A stretch of DNA of 47,725 nucleotides from a virus (taxonomy: Duplodnaviria; Caudoviricetes): IMG/VR virus record IMGVR_UViG_3300022741_000070, positions 1 to 47,725 of that record, one strand, 5' to 3'. Below the pieces are notes generated by a model. That model did not search any database. It was given only the letters and a program-made list of their open reading frames with translations, and had not been told where the DNA came from. This document shows positions 25,568 to 36,137 of the stretch, one piece after another. Every line of letters begins with the position of its first letter. Within the stretch, counting starts at the first letter, position 1. A program made the translations under genes and the position numbers.

Positions 25568-28500
25568 ATGGCTGACGACGCCTCGATCATCGGCAAGGTC
25601 GCCGTCAAGGTCTGGCCCGACACGCGCGAGTTCCAGCGGGACCTCAAGCGCGACCTCGAGCGCATCGAGCGGGCCACCAAGATCCTCGTCAACGTCGAGG
25701 TGGACACCTCGAAGGCCGCAGCCCAGGTCGAGGTGCTCGCCGAGGAGGTCGAGCGGAAGCTCGAGAAGGCCAGCAAGATCGACCTGGAGTTCGACCAGTC
25801 GTCCTACGCCGAGGTCCGCCGCGCGATCGACCAGGTCGACGCCGAGCTGGACAAGCTCAAGGACCGCGTCACGGTCGAGGTCGACCTGGATGAGGACTCG
25901 CTGCGGCGCGCGCGCCGGGAGCTCGAGGCCCGCCTTGACGGCACGACGACCACCCTCAAGATCAACGAGGATCTCGACGGCTGGAAGAAGGCCCGCGACG
26001 AGGTCGACCGGATGCTTCGCGAGCGCGAGCAGATCGACCTGACCGTCGAGATGGACGAGGAGTCCCTGCGGCACACGCGCGACGCGCTCGACGACCTCGT
26101 CAAGAAGCGCGAGGCGGAGATCCAGGCCGAGGCGGAGACCACGCGGGCCGCCCTGGAGCTGGCGCGCGTCGCTCGCGAGCGCCACGCCATCATCGTCGTC
26201 GAAGTGCAGAAGGCCGCGCTCGCGCGGGCCGAGGCAACGCTCGCCGCCCTGTCGGGCGGCCGCCTGCTGCAGTCCACGTTCGACAAGTTCAAGAACTTCT
26301 TCTCGAACCTGGACAAGAACATCCCGATCATCGGCGGGATCGCCGAGGCTGTCGCCGGACTGAGCGCCTGGCTCCTGGCCGCGGCGTCGAACACCTTCGC
26401 ACTGAGCCGCTCGCTGGCGCAGATCGCGGGCATCGGCCTGCTCCTGCCCGGCATGTTCGCCGGCGCCGCGATCGGCCTCGGCTCCGCCTTCGCGGTGCTC
26501 AAGGACATCGACACCATCCTGCCGGAGATCAAGGCCAGCTTCATCGGCCTGCAGGACCGCATGAGCGTGACGTTCTGGAACCGCGCGACGGACGACATCC
26601 GCGCCGCGTTCGCGTCGCTGTGGCCGGACATCGAGGGCGGGTTCCTCGACGTCTCGTCGGCCCTCGGCGGCTACTTCTCCTCGCTCGCGAGCTCCCTCGC
26701 GAACGCCTTCAACGGCCACCTCGCGCCGATGTTCCGCAACCTGTCCGACTCCATCTCGATCGCGAGTGGCGGCACGGACAAGTGGGCTGGCGCGCTCGAG
26801 AAGCTTGGCACCCACGGGTCCAAGTATCTGCCGCGCCTCGCGCGCTGGACGAACGACCTCGGCGAGCGCTTCAACGACTGGCTGACCGAGGCCGAGCGCA
26901 CCGGCCGCCTGGACGAGATCTTCGGCGCGGCGATCTACAACGCCAAGCAGCTCGGCCGCGCAGTCTCGGGCCTCGGCTCGATCCTGACCGGCCTGGGCAA
27001 GGCCGCCGAGCAGGCGGGCGGCTCGACCCTCGCCATCTTCGCCGACACGCTCCACGAGGTCGCCGACGCGGTCAACAGCGACGGCTTCCAGCGCGGCCTC
27101 ATCGACGCGCTCACGGGCGCGCACGTCGCCATGCGGGTCATCGCCACCGAGTCGGGTCCGGCGGTCGAGGAGCTGTTCTCCAACCTCGCCTCCACGCTCT
27201 CGAGCGTGCTGCCCGTCGTCGGCCAGGCGATCGGATCGCTCGTCGGCGGCCTCTCGACCTCCCTTGGGTCCGTGGGCGCGCAGCGCGGCATCGCCGCCCT
27301 GTTCGATGGCCTGCGGGATGGCATTCAGGCGCTCGAGCCCATGTGGGGCCCGCTCGGCGATGCGATCGGCGCGGTCGCGACCATCGTCGGCGACCTCGCC
27401 CGCGACTTCGGCCCCCTCCTTGCGGAGGCGCTGGCCCTGGCGGGCGACGTCATCACCCGCCTGACGCCCGGCGTCCTGCAGCTCGCCGACACACTGTCGG
27501 GCCTCCTGACGCGAGCGCTCGACGACCTCGGCCCGCTGATCTCGGCCGTCGCGTCTGCGATCGGCTACCTGGCCGGCGCGATCGGGAACACCCCCGCCAC
27601 GATCGGCGTCCTCGTCGGCGCCTTCGTGGCGCTCCGGGCTGCGGTCGCCTCAGAGGCTCTCGCCACCGGGCTCGCAACCCTCGCGAAGTTCCTCGGCCGA
27701 GAGATCGCCCCCGCGAAGATCGCCGGGATTGCGAATGGCATCGGCGCCGTCGCCGGCAAGCTCGGCCTCGTCGGGGCGGCCGTCGGAGGAGCCTTCCTCC
27801 TGTTCGATTGGGCGACTGGACTGAGCGTCCACGAGCCCGACGCCACGAAGATGGCGTCGGCGATGGAGCACCTTGCCGCGGCGACCAGCGAGCTGCAGGC
27901 CAACAAGCTCAAGGGCATGGTGGACGAGCAGTTCACCGGTGGCGGGCTGTTCGGAACCTCGGTCGCGCAGATCAACGGGTTCACCGACGCCCTGTCCGTG
28001 CTGCGGTACTACGAGGAGCTCGACAAGTCCCCCGACGGGTGGGCCTGGCTCAATCCTGGCAAGACGACGCTCTGGGGCGTCGAGAAGCTGTTCCCCGACT
28101 CCTGGCACTCCGACCTCGAGCAGGCCAAGACGTCGTTCGCGGCGTTCGACCAGCAGCTCGCGGCGATGGTTAACGGGGGCAACCTCGACGGCGCTCGAGC
28201 GAACGTCGAGGCGTTCGGCCTGAGCGCCGAGGAGGTCGCGAGCCTGCTCCCGAACTACTCCGACGCGCTGGACATCGCCGGCATCGCCGCCGAGCAGGCC
28301 GCGGAGGCGGAGCGTCTGCACGCCGAGGCTGTCGAGGAGGGGATGGCCGCCTACCAGCGCGCCGTCGACTCCGTGAACGGCATCACGCCGACGATGATCG
28401 GGACCATCAACGACGGGTCCAAGTCGTTCATCGACTTCGGCGCCGCGATGGAGGCTGGGACCAGCAAGGGCTCGATCAGCCTCGCCAAGTTCTCGAGCAC

Positions 28501-30292
28501 CCTCGCACAGCAGATCACCGACGCTGCAAACTGGTCCGTCAACCTCGTCACGATCGCACAGACCGCCGGCGAGGGCGTCGCGACCGAGCTTGCGAACCTG
28601 GGCCCCTCTGGGGCTAAGTACGTCGGCGAGCTGGCGAAGGGCATCGAGAGCGGGAGCGCCGAGACGGCCAAGGCCCTCGATACGATCGCCGAGGCGGTCA
28701 AGTTCAAGGCCGAGGGCGCGGCGACGCTTGCGAGCTCGCCGTTCCGGGACGTCGCGGCTGCAGTCTCCGTAGCGATGGGCAGCGTGCCCGACGCGATCGA
28801 GGAGGGATTCGGTGACGCCCACGCCGCGGGCCTCTATGCCGGCCAGATGGCGGCGCAGGGCTTCGCGAACGGGCTCACCAGCCTCTCCGGCCAGGTGCGC
28901 GCCGCCGCCAACAGCGTTGCCGACATCGCCACCAGGAACATGCGCGTCCGCCTGGGCGTGCACTCGCCGTCGCGAGTCTGGCGCGAGATCGGCCAGTGGA
29001 CCTCGAAGGGCTTCGCCCTCGGCGTCATCGACAAGTCGAGCGACGTGATGAAGGCGGCCGACAAGGTCGCTGACGGCGTCACCGACCGGCTCAAGTCGGC
29101 GGTCTCCGGGCTGAACGATCAGATCGGCGACCTCCGCGAGGCGGGCCCGTCGGCCAAGACCAAGGCCCTCCAGAAGCAGTCCGATGACCTCGAGCGGCAG
29201 ATCGCCAAGCTCCAGCTCAAGGTGGAGCAGGCGACCGACGGGTCGAAGAACGAGAAGCGCCTCCGCGACGAGGCGTCGCTCCTCTCGGCCAAGAAGCGCC
29301 TGATCGACCTGGACCTGCGGGCGTCGAAGGACGCAGACGCGGCCAAGGTCGAGAGCCAGCGCAAGACGCTCCAGGCTCAGATCGACTCGCTCCAGGCGTA
29401 CGAGGATGCGGTCGAGAAGGTGCAGGCAAAGTACGCCGACCGTCTCGAGCCGCTCGAGAGCCAGTGGGACGACCTCGCCAGCCAGATCGGCGACGCGACC
29501 CGAGCTCTCGAGGCCGCCAAGAAGGCGTACGCCGACTACGCGGCCACGGTCTCCAAGTCGATCACCGGCGAGGGGAACATCGTCTCGCTCTGGGACGGGC
29601 TCGGCGAGCTCGGCGTCAAGGCTCAGACGATGGGCCGCCTCAACGAGGCCATGCGCGAGACGGTCGACACTGCGAAGAAGTTCCGCAGCGACCTCGAGTC
29701 GCTCGCCAAGCGAGGCGTCGATCAGGACCTGGTCGAGCAGCTCGTGAACGCGGGCATGGGGTCGTCCGCGGACGTCGCGCGGATGCTCTCCGCCGCCACG
29801 GATGCCGAGCTCGCAGAGCTCAACGGCCTGTGGGGGCAGCTCGAGAAGCAGGGCGACGCGGCTGGGGCCAGCCTCGCGAAGCGGTACATGCAGAGCGGGG
29901 TCGACGCGGCCAGCGGCTTCCTCAAGGGGCTCGAGTCCAAGCAGGACGCACTCGAGAAGCAGATGCGCAAGCTCGCTGACGCGATGGTGAACGAGATCAA
30001 GACCCAGCTCGGAATCCACTCCCCGTCGAAGGTGTTCGAGTCGCTCGCCGGCTTCACCGTCGATGGCTGGGTGCGCGGCGTCGACCGCAGCCTCGGCGCC
30101 GTCCGCGGATCCTCCGCGGCGATGGCGATGGCGGCGCAGAGTCACATCGGCTCCCTGCCCTCCGGGGTCGACGCAGGTTCGGGCGCAGCCCCGAGCCGTC
30201 AGTTCAACTACTACGCCGCTCCCGGCACGGGCCTCTCCTCGGAGGAGGAGCTGTTCGCTGCCGTGGGGCGCTCGAGGATGGTGGGTTGGTAA
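25568..30292 (+). CDS. Tape measure protein
   Basis: ~1574 aa, Ala/Gly-rich helical; IGKVAVKVWPDT N-terminus; two HSPS motifs. Confidence 0.95.
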   Translation: MADDASIIGKVAVKVWPDTREFQRDLKRDLERIERATKILVNVEVDTSKAAAQVEVLAEEVERKLEKASKIDLEFDQSSYAEVRRAIDQVDAELDKLKDRVTVEVDLDEDSLRRARRELEARLDGTTTTLKINEDLDGWKKARDEVDRMLREREQIDLTVEMDEESLRHTRDALDDLVKKREAEIQAEAETTRAALELARVARERHAIIVVEVQKAALARAEATLAALSGGRLLQSTFDKFKNFFSNLDKNIPIIGGIAEAVAGLSAWLLAAASNTFALSRSLAQIAGIGLLLPGMFAGAAIGLGSAFAVLKDIDTILPEIKASFIGLQDRMSVTFWNRATDDIRAAFASLWPDIEGGFLDVSSALGGYFSSLASSLANAFNGHLAPMFRNLSDSISIASGGTDKWAGALEKLGTHGSKYLPRLARWTNDLGERFNDWLTEAERTGRLDEIFGAAIYNAKQLGRAVSGLGSILTGLGKAAEQAGGSTLAIFADTLHEVADAVNSDGFQRGLIDALTGAHVAMRVIATESGPAVEELFSNLASTLSSVLPVVGQAIGSLVGGLSTSLGSVGAQRGIAALFDGLRDGIQALEPMWGPLGDAIGAVATIVGDLARDFGPLLAEALALAGDVITRLTPGVLQLADTLSGLLTRALDDLGPLISAVASAIGYLAGAIGNTPATIGVLVGAFVALRAAVASEALATGLATLAKFLGREIAPAKIAGIANGIGAVAGKLGLVGAAVGGAFLLFDWATGLSVHEPDATKMASAMEHLAAATSELQANKLKGMVDEQFTGGGLFGTSVAQINGFTDALSVLRYYEELDKSPDGWAWLNPGKTTLWGVEKLFPDSWHSDLEQAKTSFAAFDQQLAAMVNGGNLDGARANVEAFGLSAEEVASLLPNYSDALDIAGIAAEQAAEAERLHAEAVEEGMAAYQRAVDSVNGITPTMIGTINDGSKSFIDFGAAMEAGTSKGSISLAKFSSTLAQQITDAANWSVNLVTIAQTAGEGVATELANLGPSGAKYVGELAKGIESGSAETAKALDTIAEAVKFKAEGAATLASSPFRDVAAAVSVAMGSVPDAIEEGFGDAHAAGLYAGQMAAQGFANGLTSLSGQVRAAANSVADIATRNMRVRLGVHSPSRVWREIGQWTSKGFALGVIDKSSDVMKAADKVADGVTDRLKSAVSGLNDQIGDLREAGPSAKTKALQKQSDDLERQIAKLQLKVEQATDGSKNEKRLRDEASLLSAKKRLIDLDLRASKDADAAKVESQRKTLQAQIDSLQAYEDAVEKVQAKYADRLEPLESQWDDLASQIGDATRALEAAKKAYADYAATVSKSITGEGNIVSLWDGLGELGVKAQTMGRLNEAMRETVDTAKKFRSDLESLAKRGVDQDLVEQLVNAGMGSSADVARMLSAATDAELAELNGLWGQLEKQGDAAGASLAKRYMQSGVDAASGFLKGLESKQDALEKQMRKLADAMVNEIKTQLGIHSPSKVFESLAGFTVDGWVRGVDRSLGAVRGSSAAMAMAAQSHIGSLPSGVDAGSGAAPSRQFNYYAAPGTGLSSEEELFAAVGRSRMVGW

Positions 30293-30295
30293 GTG
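30284..30295 (+). promoter_or_regulatory. Stoperator-like site GGTTGGTAAGTG
   Basis: Contains the TAA stop of tape measure and the GTG start of the next gene. Confidence 0.5.
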
Positions 30296-31150
30296 GTCGC
30301 ACTCCAGATGGAGAGCGCGACGGACACGATCCCTCTGAATGACCTGCTCAACCTCCCCACGGGGGTCCAGGCTCTCGCCGGCGCGACCGGCCTGGGCCTG
30401 GCCCCCGTGACCCCTCAGTGGATCGAGGGCGCCGGCGACGGCGCCACCTACCGGGGTCGTCGAACCAACGTGCGCGACATCGACGTGCCGCTGCTCATCG
30501 ACGGTGGAGACCGAGCGGGCCTCAAGGCGATGGTGTCGCGCATCGCGCGCATGTGCGCGGGGCCGTTCACGCTCCGCTTCGTCGAGGACTCGGGCGAGAG
30601 CTGGACCCTCGGCGTCGTCCGTGTCGGCGGCGGCGACTACGTCTACGGCTCCGACACGACGGGCGACCGCGACCTGCAGATGGTGCTGACGCTCCGCGCG
30701 GGCGACCCGTACTGGACGTCGGCGACGGCGTCGCAGCGCCGGTACCGGCTCGGCGAGTCGACGGCAGGACTCCTGCCCTACCTCTCGCGCCTCCAGCTCT
30801 CCCCGGACTCCCTGAACGGCGTGGTCGAGGTTGAGAACACGGGCGACGCCGAGACGATGCCAACGTGGATCGTCCGGGGCCCCGGCTCGCGGTTCGAGGC
30901 CAAGCTCCCCGGCCAGCGCGGGTTCGCCTGGTCCGGCACCCTCGCCGAAGGCGAGTCCCTCGTGTTCGACACGCGCGCGGGGACGGTCGTCGATCAGACG
31001 GGCGCCTCGCGCTACTCCGGCCTCGAGCCGGCCCCCCTGTTCTGGGCCCTGCCGCCTGGCGTGACGACGGCAGAGATGACGCTCTCCGGCGCCGGCCCGA
31101 CCTCCGAAGTTGTGTGCACGTGGCGACGACGCAAGTGGGCGGTGGTGTGA
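30293..31150 (+). CDS. Distal tail (Dit-like) minor tail protein
   Basis: A.DPYW, N.GDA...P.W...GPG motifs; follows tape measure. Confidence 0.8.
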   Translation: MVALQMESATDTIPLNDLLNLPTGVQALAGATGLGLAPVTPQWIEGAGDGATYRGRRTNVRDIDVPLLIDGGDRAGLKAMVSRIARMCAGPFTLRFVEDSGESWTLGVVRVGGGDYVYGSDTTGDRDLQMVLTLRAGDPYWTSATASQRRYRLGESTAGLLPYLSRLQLSPDSLNGVVEVENTGDAETMPTWIVRGPGSRFEAKLPGQRGFAWSGTLAEGESLVFDTRAGTVVDQTGASRYSGLEPAPLFWALPPGVTTAEMTLSGAGPTSEVVCTWRRRKWAVV

Positions 31151-32919
31151 TGGGGCTCCAGGACATCACCGTCGAGATCCGCGACGCCAACCTCACGCGC
31201 GTTGCGGCGGTCCCGCACGAGCTCCTCGTTCTGACGGCCACGCGCAAGCGGAACAACGTCGGCGAGTGGTCCCTCTCCCTGCCCGCGGAGAGCCCCCTGG
31301 CGGCACACCTGGCGCAGCCGGGGGCGGGCATCGTGATCTCCGGCCTCGACGACGAGGCGGGCTTCTCGGGCCCGATGACGGCGTACTCCGAGGAGGACAG
31401 CGCCAGCGACCCGACGGGGACCATCACGTTCTCCGGCGTGACTGACGATGTGATCCTCCAGGACATGCGAGCCTGGCCGACGCCGTCGGTCGCCGACGTC
31501 AACGCGCAGACGGCCGAGTTCGACCAGCGCACCGGCGCGGCGGAGACGATCATGCACGCGTACGTCTCCGCCAACGCGGGCCCGAGCGCGGTCGCCGAGC
31601 GGCGCCACCCGCTGCTCGACATGGGCACGAACCTCGGCCGTGGGCCCGTCCTGACGAAGGCGGCCCGGTTCGAGAAGCTCGGGGAGATCCTGAGCGACGT
31701 CGCCAACCTGGCGGACCTGAACTTCGCCATCGTGCAGCGCGGCGACCGGCTCGTGTTCGAGACCGAGGCCGTGCGCGATCGCACCGGCGAGGTGCGCTTC
31801 TCGCTCTGGAACAACACGATCGCGTCGCACTCGTCGACCGTCTCTGCGCCCGTCGTCACGACGGTGATCGTCGGGGGCGGCGGCAAGGGCGCCGACCGGT
31901 GGTTCTACGCCAAGGATGGCGACCCTGCAGAGCGGGCCCGTTGGGGGCGCCGCGTGGAGGCGTTCGTCGACAACTCGTCGAGCCAGGACGACACGGAGCT
32001 CGAGCAGAGCGCGGACGAGCAGCTCGCCCAGGGCGGCATCACCGCGGTTGACGTGCAGCTCGTTCCGATGAACGACACGAGCATGGTCTACGGCCGCGAC
32101 TGGCGCGTCGGCGATCGCGTGACGATCGAGCTCAACGGCCAGGAGGCCGTCACGACCGTCTCGGGCTGGGTGCTCAAGGCGGACAGCGGCGGCACGCGCT
32201 TCGGCGCACTCCTCGGCGAGGTTTCCGACCTCACGACGTCGTGGGCCACGACCACGGAGCAGCGCGTCTCGGCAATCGAGCGGAAGCTCGAGATCGTCAC
32301 TGAGTTCAGCGCCGCCGACATCACGTCCGGCGTGCTCGACCTGGCCCGCATCCCCGCGATGGACGCCGGGCACATCCCGAACCTCGACGCCAGCAAGATC
32401 GCGGCAGGCACGCTCGCCCTCGCGCGGGTTCCGACGATGGACGCTGCCCACATCCCCAGCCTCGACGCCAGCAAGATCGCGTCCGGCACGCTTGCCGCGG
32501 CGCGACTCCCAGTGGCGTCGACCGGCGCCGCGGGCGTGGTCGAGCTCGCCACGCAGGCGGAGGTCAACACCGGAACGGACGCGGCTCGGGCAATCACCCC
32601 GGCCACCCTGCGAAGCGCATCGCACCAGCCCTATGCGATCGCGGCTGGGGTCGTGTCGCGAGGCCCCTCGGCGGCCGACTCCTTCACGGTGGCCGTGACC
32701 TTCCCCAGCGGCCGGTTCTCCGCCGCGCCGGTGGTGAGCGGCATCAACCTCAACTCCGGGTCCGGCGCCACCGCCCGATGGTCCGCGCGAGCGATCAACG
32801 TCACCGCGACCGGCTTCACCCTGTTCGCCTTCGCCTCGGTCGCAGGCGTCACGGCGACCTTCACGGCGGACTGGCACTGGACCGCCACTCAGATGACATC
32901 GACGGCAGGTGCGGGATGA
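31150..32919 (+). CDS. Minor tail protein (Gp37-like hub with C-terminal fibre/lectin-like region)
   Basis: NVGEWSL, YGRDW.VGD.V motifs; LDASKI repeats; VTFP.GRFS.AP.V. Confidence 0.8.
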   Translation: MGLQDITVEIRDANLTRVAAVPHELLVLTATRKRNNVGEWSLSLPAESPLAAHLAQPGAGIVISGLDDEAGFSGPMTAYSEEDSASDPTGTITFSGVTDDVILQDMRAWPTPSVADVNAQTAEFDQRTGAAETIMHAYVSANAGPSAVAERRHPLLDMGTNLGRGPVLTKAARFEKLGEILSDVANLADLNFAIVQRGDRLVFETEAVRDRTGEVRFSLWNNTIASHSSTVSAPVVTTVIVGGGGKGADRWFYAKDGDPAERARWGRRVEAFVDNSSSQDDTELEQSADEQLAQGGITAVDVQLVPMNDTSMVYGRDWRVGDRVTIELNGQEAVTTVSGWVLKADSGGTRFGALLGEVSDLTTSWATTTEQRVSAIERKLEIVTEFSAADITSGVLDLARIPAMDAGHIPNLDASKIAAGTLALARVPTMDAAHIPSLDASKIASGTLAAARLPVASTGAAGVVELATQAEVNTGTDAARAITPATLRSASHQPYAIAAGVVSRGPSAADSFTVAVTFPSGRFSAAPVVSGINLNSGSGATARWSARAINVTATGFTLFAFASVAGVTATFTADWHWTATQMTSTAGAG

Positions 32920-33077
32920 GTGAGCTTGACCTCTCGGCAACGGCGGTCCGCGTCGCGGTGTGCCACTCGAGCGGGTGTGAGAACTTCGACATCCCCATCG
33001 AGCTCCTCGTCCCGCTGGGTGCCGACTCCTTCATCTGCGGCCCCTGCGGCGCGCTCGCCGAGCTGCGCGAGCCGTAG
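32916..33077 (+). CDS. Small Cys-rich protein (53 aa)
   Basis: CH..GCEN...CGPCG; ATGA coupling. Confidence 0.65.
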   Translation: MSELDLSATAVRVAVCHSSGCENFDIPIELLVPLGADSFICGPCGALAELREP

Positions 33078-33092
33078 ACCGCCATCAGCCTT

Positions 33093-33130
33093 GAGAGGGC
33101 CCCGCTCGCCGTTACGAGCGGGGCCCTCTC
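33093..33130 (+). terminator. Intergenic hairpin
   Basis: GAGAGGGCCCCGCTCG / CGAGCGGGGCCCTCTC. Confidence 0.55.
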
Positions 33131-33148
33131 CCTGTCCTTTGGAGACGA

Positions 33149-33961
33149 ATGACCGTCACCTCCTACCCCTTCGATGGGCTCGCCACCACGGAGGGCCAGT
33201 ACAGCACCCTGTTCCGCGAGCTCGGCCAGGGCGTCTCCGGCGACCACACCGGCACGCAGCTCAAGGTCTCCGCCGACTCCACCGGCATGAACGTGAAGGT
33301 CGCGGCTGGCTTCGCGATCGTCCGCGGCCACGCGATCGCGTCGAGCGGCACCGAGACGCTCGAGATCGAGCCCGCCGACTCGCAGCCGCGGATCGACACC
33401 GTCGTCCTGCGCCTGAACCCCGACACCAACGAGATCGCGCTCCTCGTCGTCAAGGGCACGCCCGCGGCGAGCTCCCCGACGCCGCCCGCGCTCGAGTCCA
33501 CGGAGATCGGCCTGTTCGACATGCCGATCGCCAACGTGGCCGTCGCGGCCAACGCCGTGACGATCGCAGCCACTGCGGTCACCGAGCGCCGGACGTTCAT
33601 CGGCCGAGCCGTGCGCTCGTGGCCGACAAGTGAGCGCCCGACCGGCACCGAGCGCCGCGTGCCCACGCTGGGCTTCAACACCACGCTCGGCGCCTTCGAG
33701 TGGTGGAACGGGTCGGCGTGGGCGGGGCTCCTGTCCGACGCCAGCGACATCACGTCCGGCACCTTCTCCGCGGACCGCATCCCCAACCTGAGCGCTGACA
33801 AGATCACGGCCGGAGTGCTCAACGCCGCCCGCGTGCCGGACCTGCCGGCGAGCAAGATCACCGGCGCGATCAACGCCACCACGATCGGCGGCAACAAGAT
33901 CACGGTGTCGTCCTCGGCGCCCTCGAGCCCGACGGTCAACGACCTCTGGGTGGCCCTCTGA
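33149..33961 (+). CDS. Minor tail protein
   Basis: SYPF, V.V.AG.A.VRGH, PRID.VVLRL motifs; ASKI repeats. Confidence 0.8.
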   Translation: MTVTSYPFDGLATTEGQYSTLFRELGQGVSGDHTGTQLKVSADSTGMNVKVAAGFAIVRGHAIASSGTETLEIEPADSQPRIDTVVLRLNPDTNEIALLVVKGTPAASSPTPPALESTEIGLFDMPIANVAVAANAVTIAATAVTERRTFIGRAVRSWPTSERPTGTERRVPTLGFNTTLGAFEWWNGSAWAGLLSDASDITSGTFSADRIPNLSADKITAGVLNAARVPDLPASKITGAINATTIGGNKITVSSSAPSSPTVNDLWVAL

Positions 33962-35022
33962 TGGCGATTGTCTGGGGGACCCCCGAGGGGTCCAGCAACG
34001 AGAAGGTCGGCATCGAGGTCACGATGTCGCCCTCGTCGGTCTCGTCCAGCACGAGCTCGGTGACGCTCAGCGTCAAGGTCTACGCCTACTCGCAGTATTC
34101 GATCTCGGACACGCAGAACTACTCGCTCGGCGGCGCCATCTCCGGCTCGGGCACGTTCAACATGACGAGCTCGGGCGTGAACGTGCTCATCGCGTCGCGG
34201 TCGATCTCCGTCGACACCGTCTACGGCAGCTCCGTCTCGCGGTCGTTCTCCGCCTCGATCTCGGGGCACTACGGCGGAGCGACGCCGAGCGTCTCGACGT
34301 CCTTCACCGTGCTTGCGCGTCCGGCCAGCGCCCCCGGCGCCTCCCCGGCGCCCACGATCTCGTCGATCACCGCAACCTCTGCGCGCGCGGCCTGGACGTC
34401 CACCCCGGCGCAGGCGAACGGGTCGTCGATCGACCAGTGGCAGGTTCAGGCGTCGGCCTACTCCGACTTCCGGTCGACGACCTACTCGAACAGCGATGCC
34501 AGCACGCCGCAGACGATGACCGGCCTCGCCCCGGCCACGACCTACTACGTCCGCGTCCGCGGACACAACACGGCAGGGTGGGGCGCCTGGTCTGGCTCGC
34601 GCAGCTTCAAGACGACCGCAGACACGCCCGCAGCGCCGTCGACCCCGACAGTCTCCGCCGACGTCGTGTCCGCATCCGCGAGCTGCAGCGCGCCGAACAA
34701 CGGGGGCTCGTCGATCACGGGCTACACCTTCCAGATCGCGACCAACTCGAGCTTCACGTCGGGCGCGCGCACGTTCTCCTCGCCCTCGACGAGCGTGACG
34801 CTGTCGGGCCTGGACCCCGCCACGACGTACTACGTCCGCGTCCGCGCTACCAACGCGATCGGCGCGGGCGACTGGTCGGGTGCGCGGTCGTTCACGACCC
34901 TCTCCGGCGTCCGCGTCTGGAGCGGGAGCTCGTGGGTCGACAAGCCGCTGCGGCGCTGGAACGGCTCGCAGTGGGTGGTCGTCGTGCTGCGGCGCTGGAA
35001 CGGAACGGCGTGGGTGAGCTGA
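33961..35022 (+). CDS. Minor tail protein with two fibronectin type III domains
   Basis: Two NGGS.I..Y/W...GL.PATTYYVRVR..N..G.G.WS units. Confidence 0.85.
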   Translation: MAIVWGTPEGSSNEKVGIEVTMSPSSVSSSTSSVTLSVKVYAYSQYSISDTQNYSLGGAISGSGTFNMTSSGVNVLIASRSISVDTVYGSSVSRSFSASISGHYGGATPSVSTSFTVLARPASAPGASPAPTISSITATSARAAWTSTPAQANGSSIDQWQVQASAYSDFRSTTYSNSDASTPQTMTGLAPATTYYVRVRGHNTAGWGAWSGSRSFKTTADTPAAPSTPTVSADVVSASASCSAPNNGGSSITGYTFQIATNSSFTSGARTFSSPSTSVTLSGLDPATTYYVRVRATNAIGAGDWSGARSFTTLSGVRVWSGSSWVDKPLRRWNGSQWVVVVLRRWNGTAWVS

Positions 35023-35023
35023 C

Positions 35024-35317
35024 GTGATCGACCTGACCCCCTTCGCCACCCCGGCGGGCGTAGTCCTCGCCGGCATCGTCGGCGCCTGGTCGCAGCGCTT
35101 CGTCGCGCGCCGCCAGGCCCGGCTTGATGCGCGCCGCGTCGACACCGACGACTGGCGCGCCGTGACCGACGCCCTGCGCCAAGACCTCGACGCGGCCCGA
35201 ACCCGCCTCGACTTCGTCGAGCGCGAGCGCGGCCTTGACCACGCATGGATCGACCTCCTCCGGGAGCACATCTCCCTGGGCAAGCCGCCGCCGCCGCCAA
35301 CTCGACCCACCTCCTGA
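35024..35317 (+). CDS. Membrane protein with coiled coil (lysis-associated)
   Basis: N-terminal TM helix, Pro-rich C-terminus. Confidence 0.65.
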   Translation: MIDLTPFATPAGVVLAGIVGAWSQRFVARRQARLDARRVDTDDWRAVTDALRQDLDAARTRLDFVERERGLDHAWIDLLREHISLGKPPPPPTRPTS

Positions 35318-35343
35318 ACCCGACAAGAAGGGACCGCCGCCAG

Positions 35344-35457
35344 GTGACCATCTCGACGGACGAGCTCGTGTTCAACCCCGAGTCCACCGTCCCCCAGCCC
35401 ATCGACAACGACAACGCGATCCAGGACGGCGAGGCCGTCCTCGAGGAGGGCGAGTGA
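35344..35457 (+). CDS. 37-aa acidic micro-protein
   Basis: GTG start; GTGA-coupled to endolysin. Confidence 0.45.
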   Translation: MTISTDELVFNPESTVPQPIDNDNAIQDGEAVLEEGE

Positions 35458-36137
35458 CCAAGACTGCGGCCCAGGCCCTCGCCTGGGCCAAGACCCAGAA
35501 GTCCGGCTACAGCGGCATGTGCCTGCAGTTCGTGCGCACGGCCTTCGGCGTGCCGGCGAAGTACGTCAGTGCGATTGCGGCGTGGAACAACGCGAAGGCG
35601 AAGCACGCCACGACCAACGTCGCCGAGATCCCGGTCGGCGCGCCGATCTTCTTCGGCGGTAGCACCTACGGCCACGTCGCGATCTACGCGGGCAACGGCC
35701 TCATGGTGACCACCAACTCCGGCCTCGGCCGACCGACGACCCAGGCCGTCGCCCTCTGGCAGGGCTGGGGCTACAAGCTCCTCGGCTGGTCGGAGGACAT
35801 CAACGGCGTGAAGGTGATCTCGAAGCCCACGCCCAAGCCGGTCGCGGCTGGCGCGAAGCTCGTGGTCGACGGCTACCTCGGCCCCAAGACGATCACTGCG
35901 TGGCAGAAGGCGACGCGGCAGACGCAGACGGCCAAGCTCACCCCGACGTTCGTGAAGGCGTGGCAGCGCATCCTCAAGGATCGCGCGCTCTACACCGGCG
36001 CGATCGACGGCATCCTCGGCCCGCACACGATCCGCGGGACGCAGCGCTACCTCGGCACGCCGGTCGACGGCGTGATCTCCTCGCCGAGCAAGATGGTCAA
36101 GGCGCTCCAGACCCGGCTGAACGCGGGGACGATCTGA
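35454..36137 (+). CDS. Endolysin (CHAP/NlpC-P60-like peptidase + peptidoglycan-binding domain)
   Basis: GMCLQFV..GHVAIY catalytic Cys/His; VDG.LGP.T..A.Q repeats. Confidence 0.85.
   Translation: MTKTAAQALAWAKTQKSGYSGMCLQFVRTAFGVPAKYVSAIAAWNNAKAKHATTNVAEIPVGAPIFFGGSTYGHVAIYAGNGLMVTTNSGLGRPTTQAVALWQGWGYKLLGWSEDINGVKVISKPTPKPVAAGAKLVVDGYLGPKTITAWQKATRQTQTAKLTPTFVKAWQRILKDRALYTGAIDGILGPHTIRGTQRYLGTPVDGVISSPSKMVKALQTRLNAGTI

Noticed and set aside
16322-35310. Long minus-strand ORFs antisense to structural genes (e.g. 27650-30145, 33163-35310, 19224-21176)
   Set aside because: Shadow ORFs from high GC and biased codon usage; no motifs or RBS.
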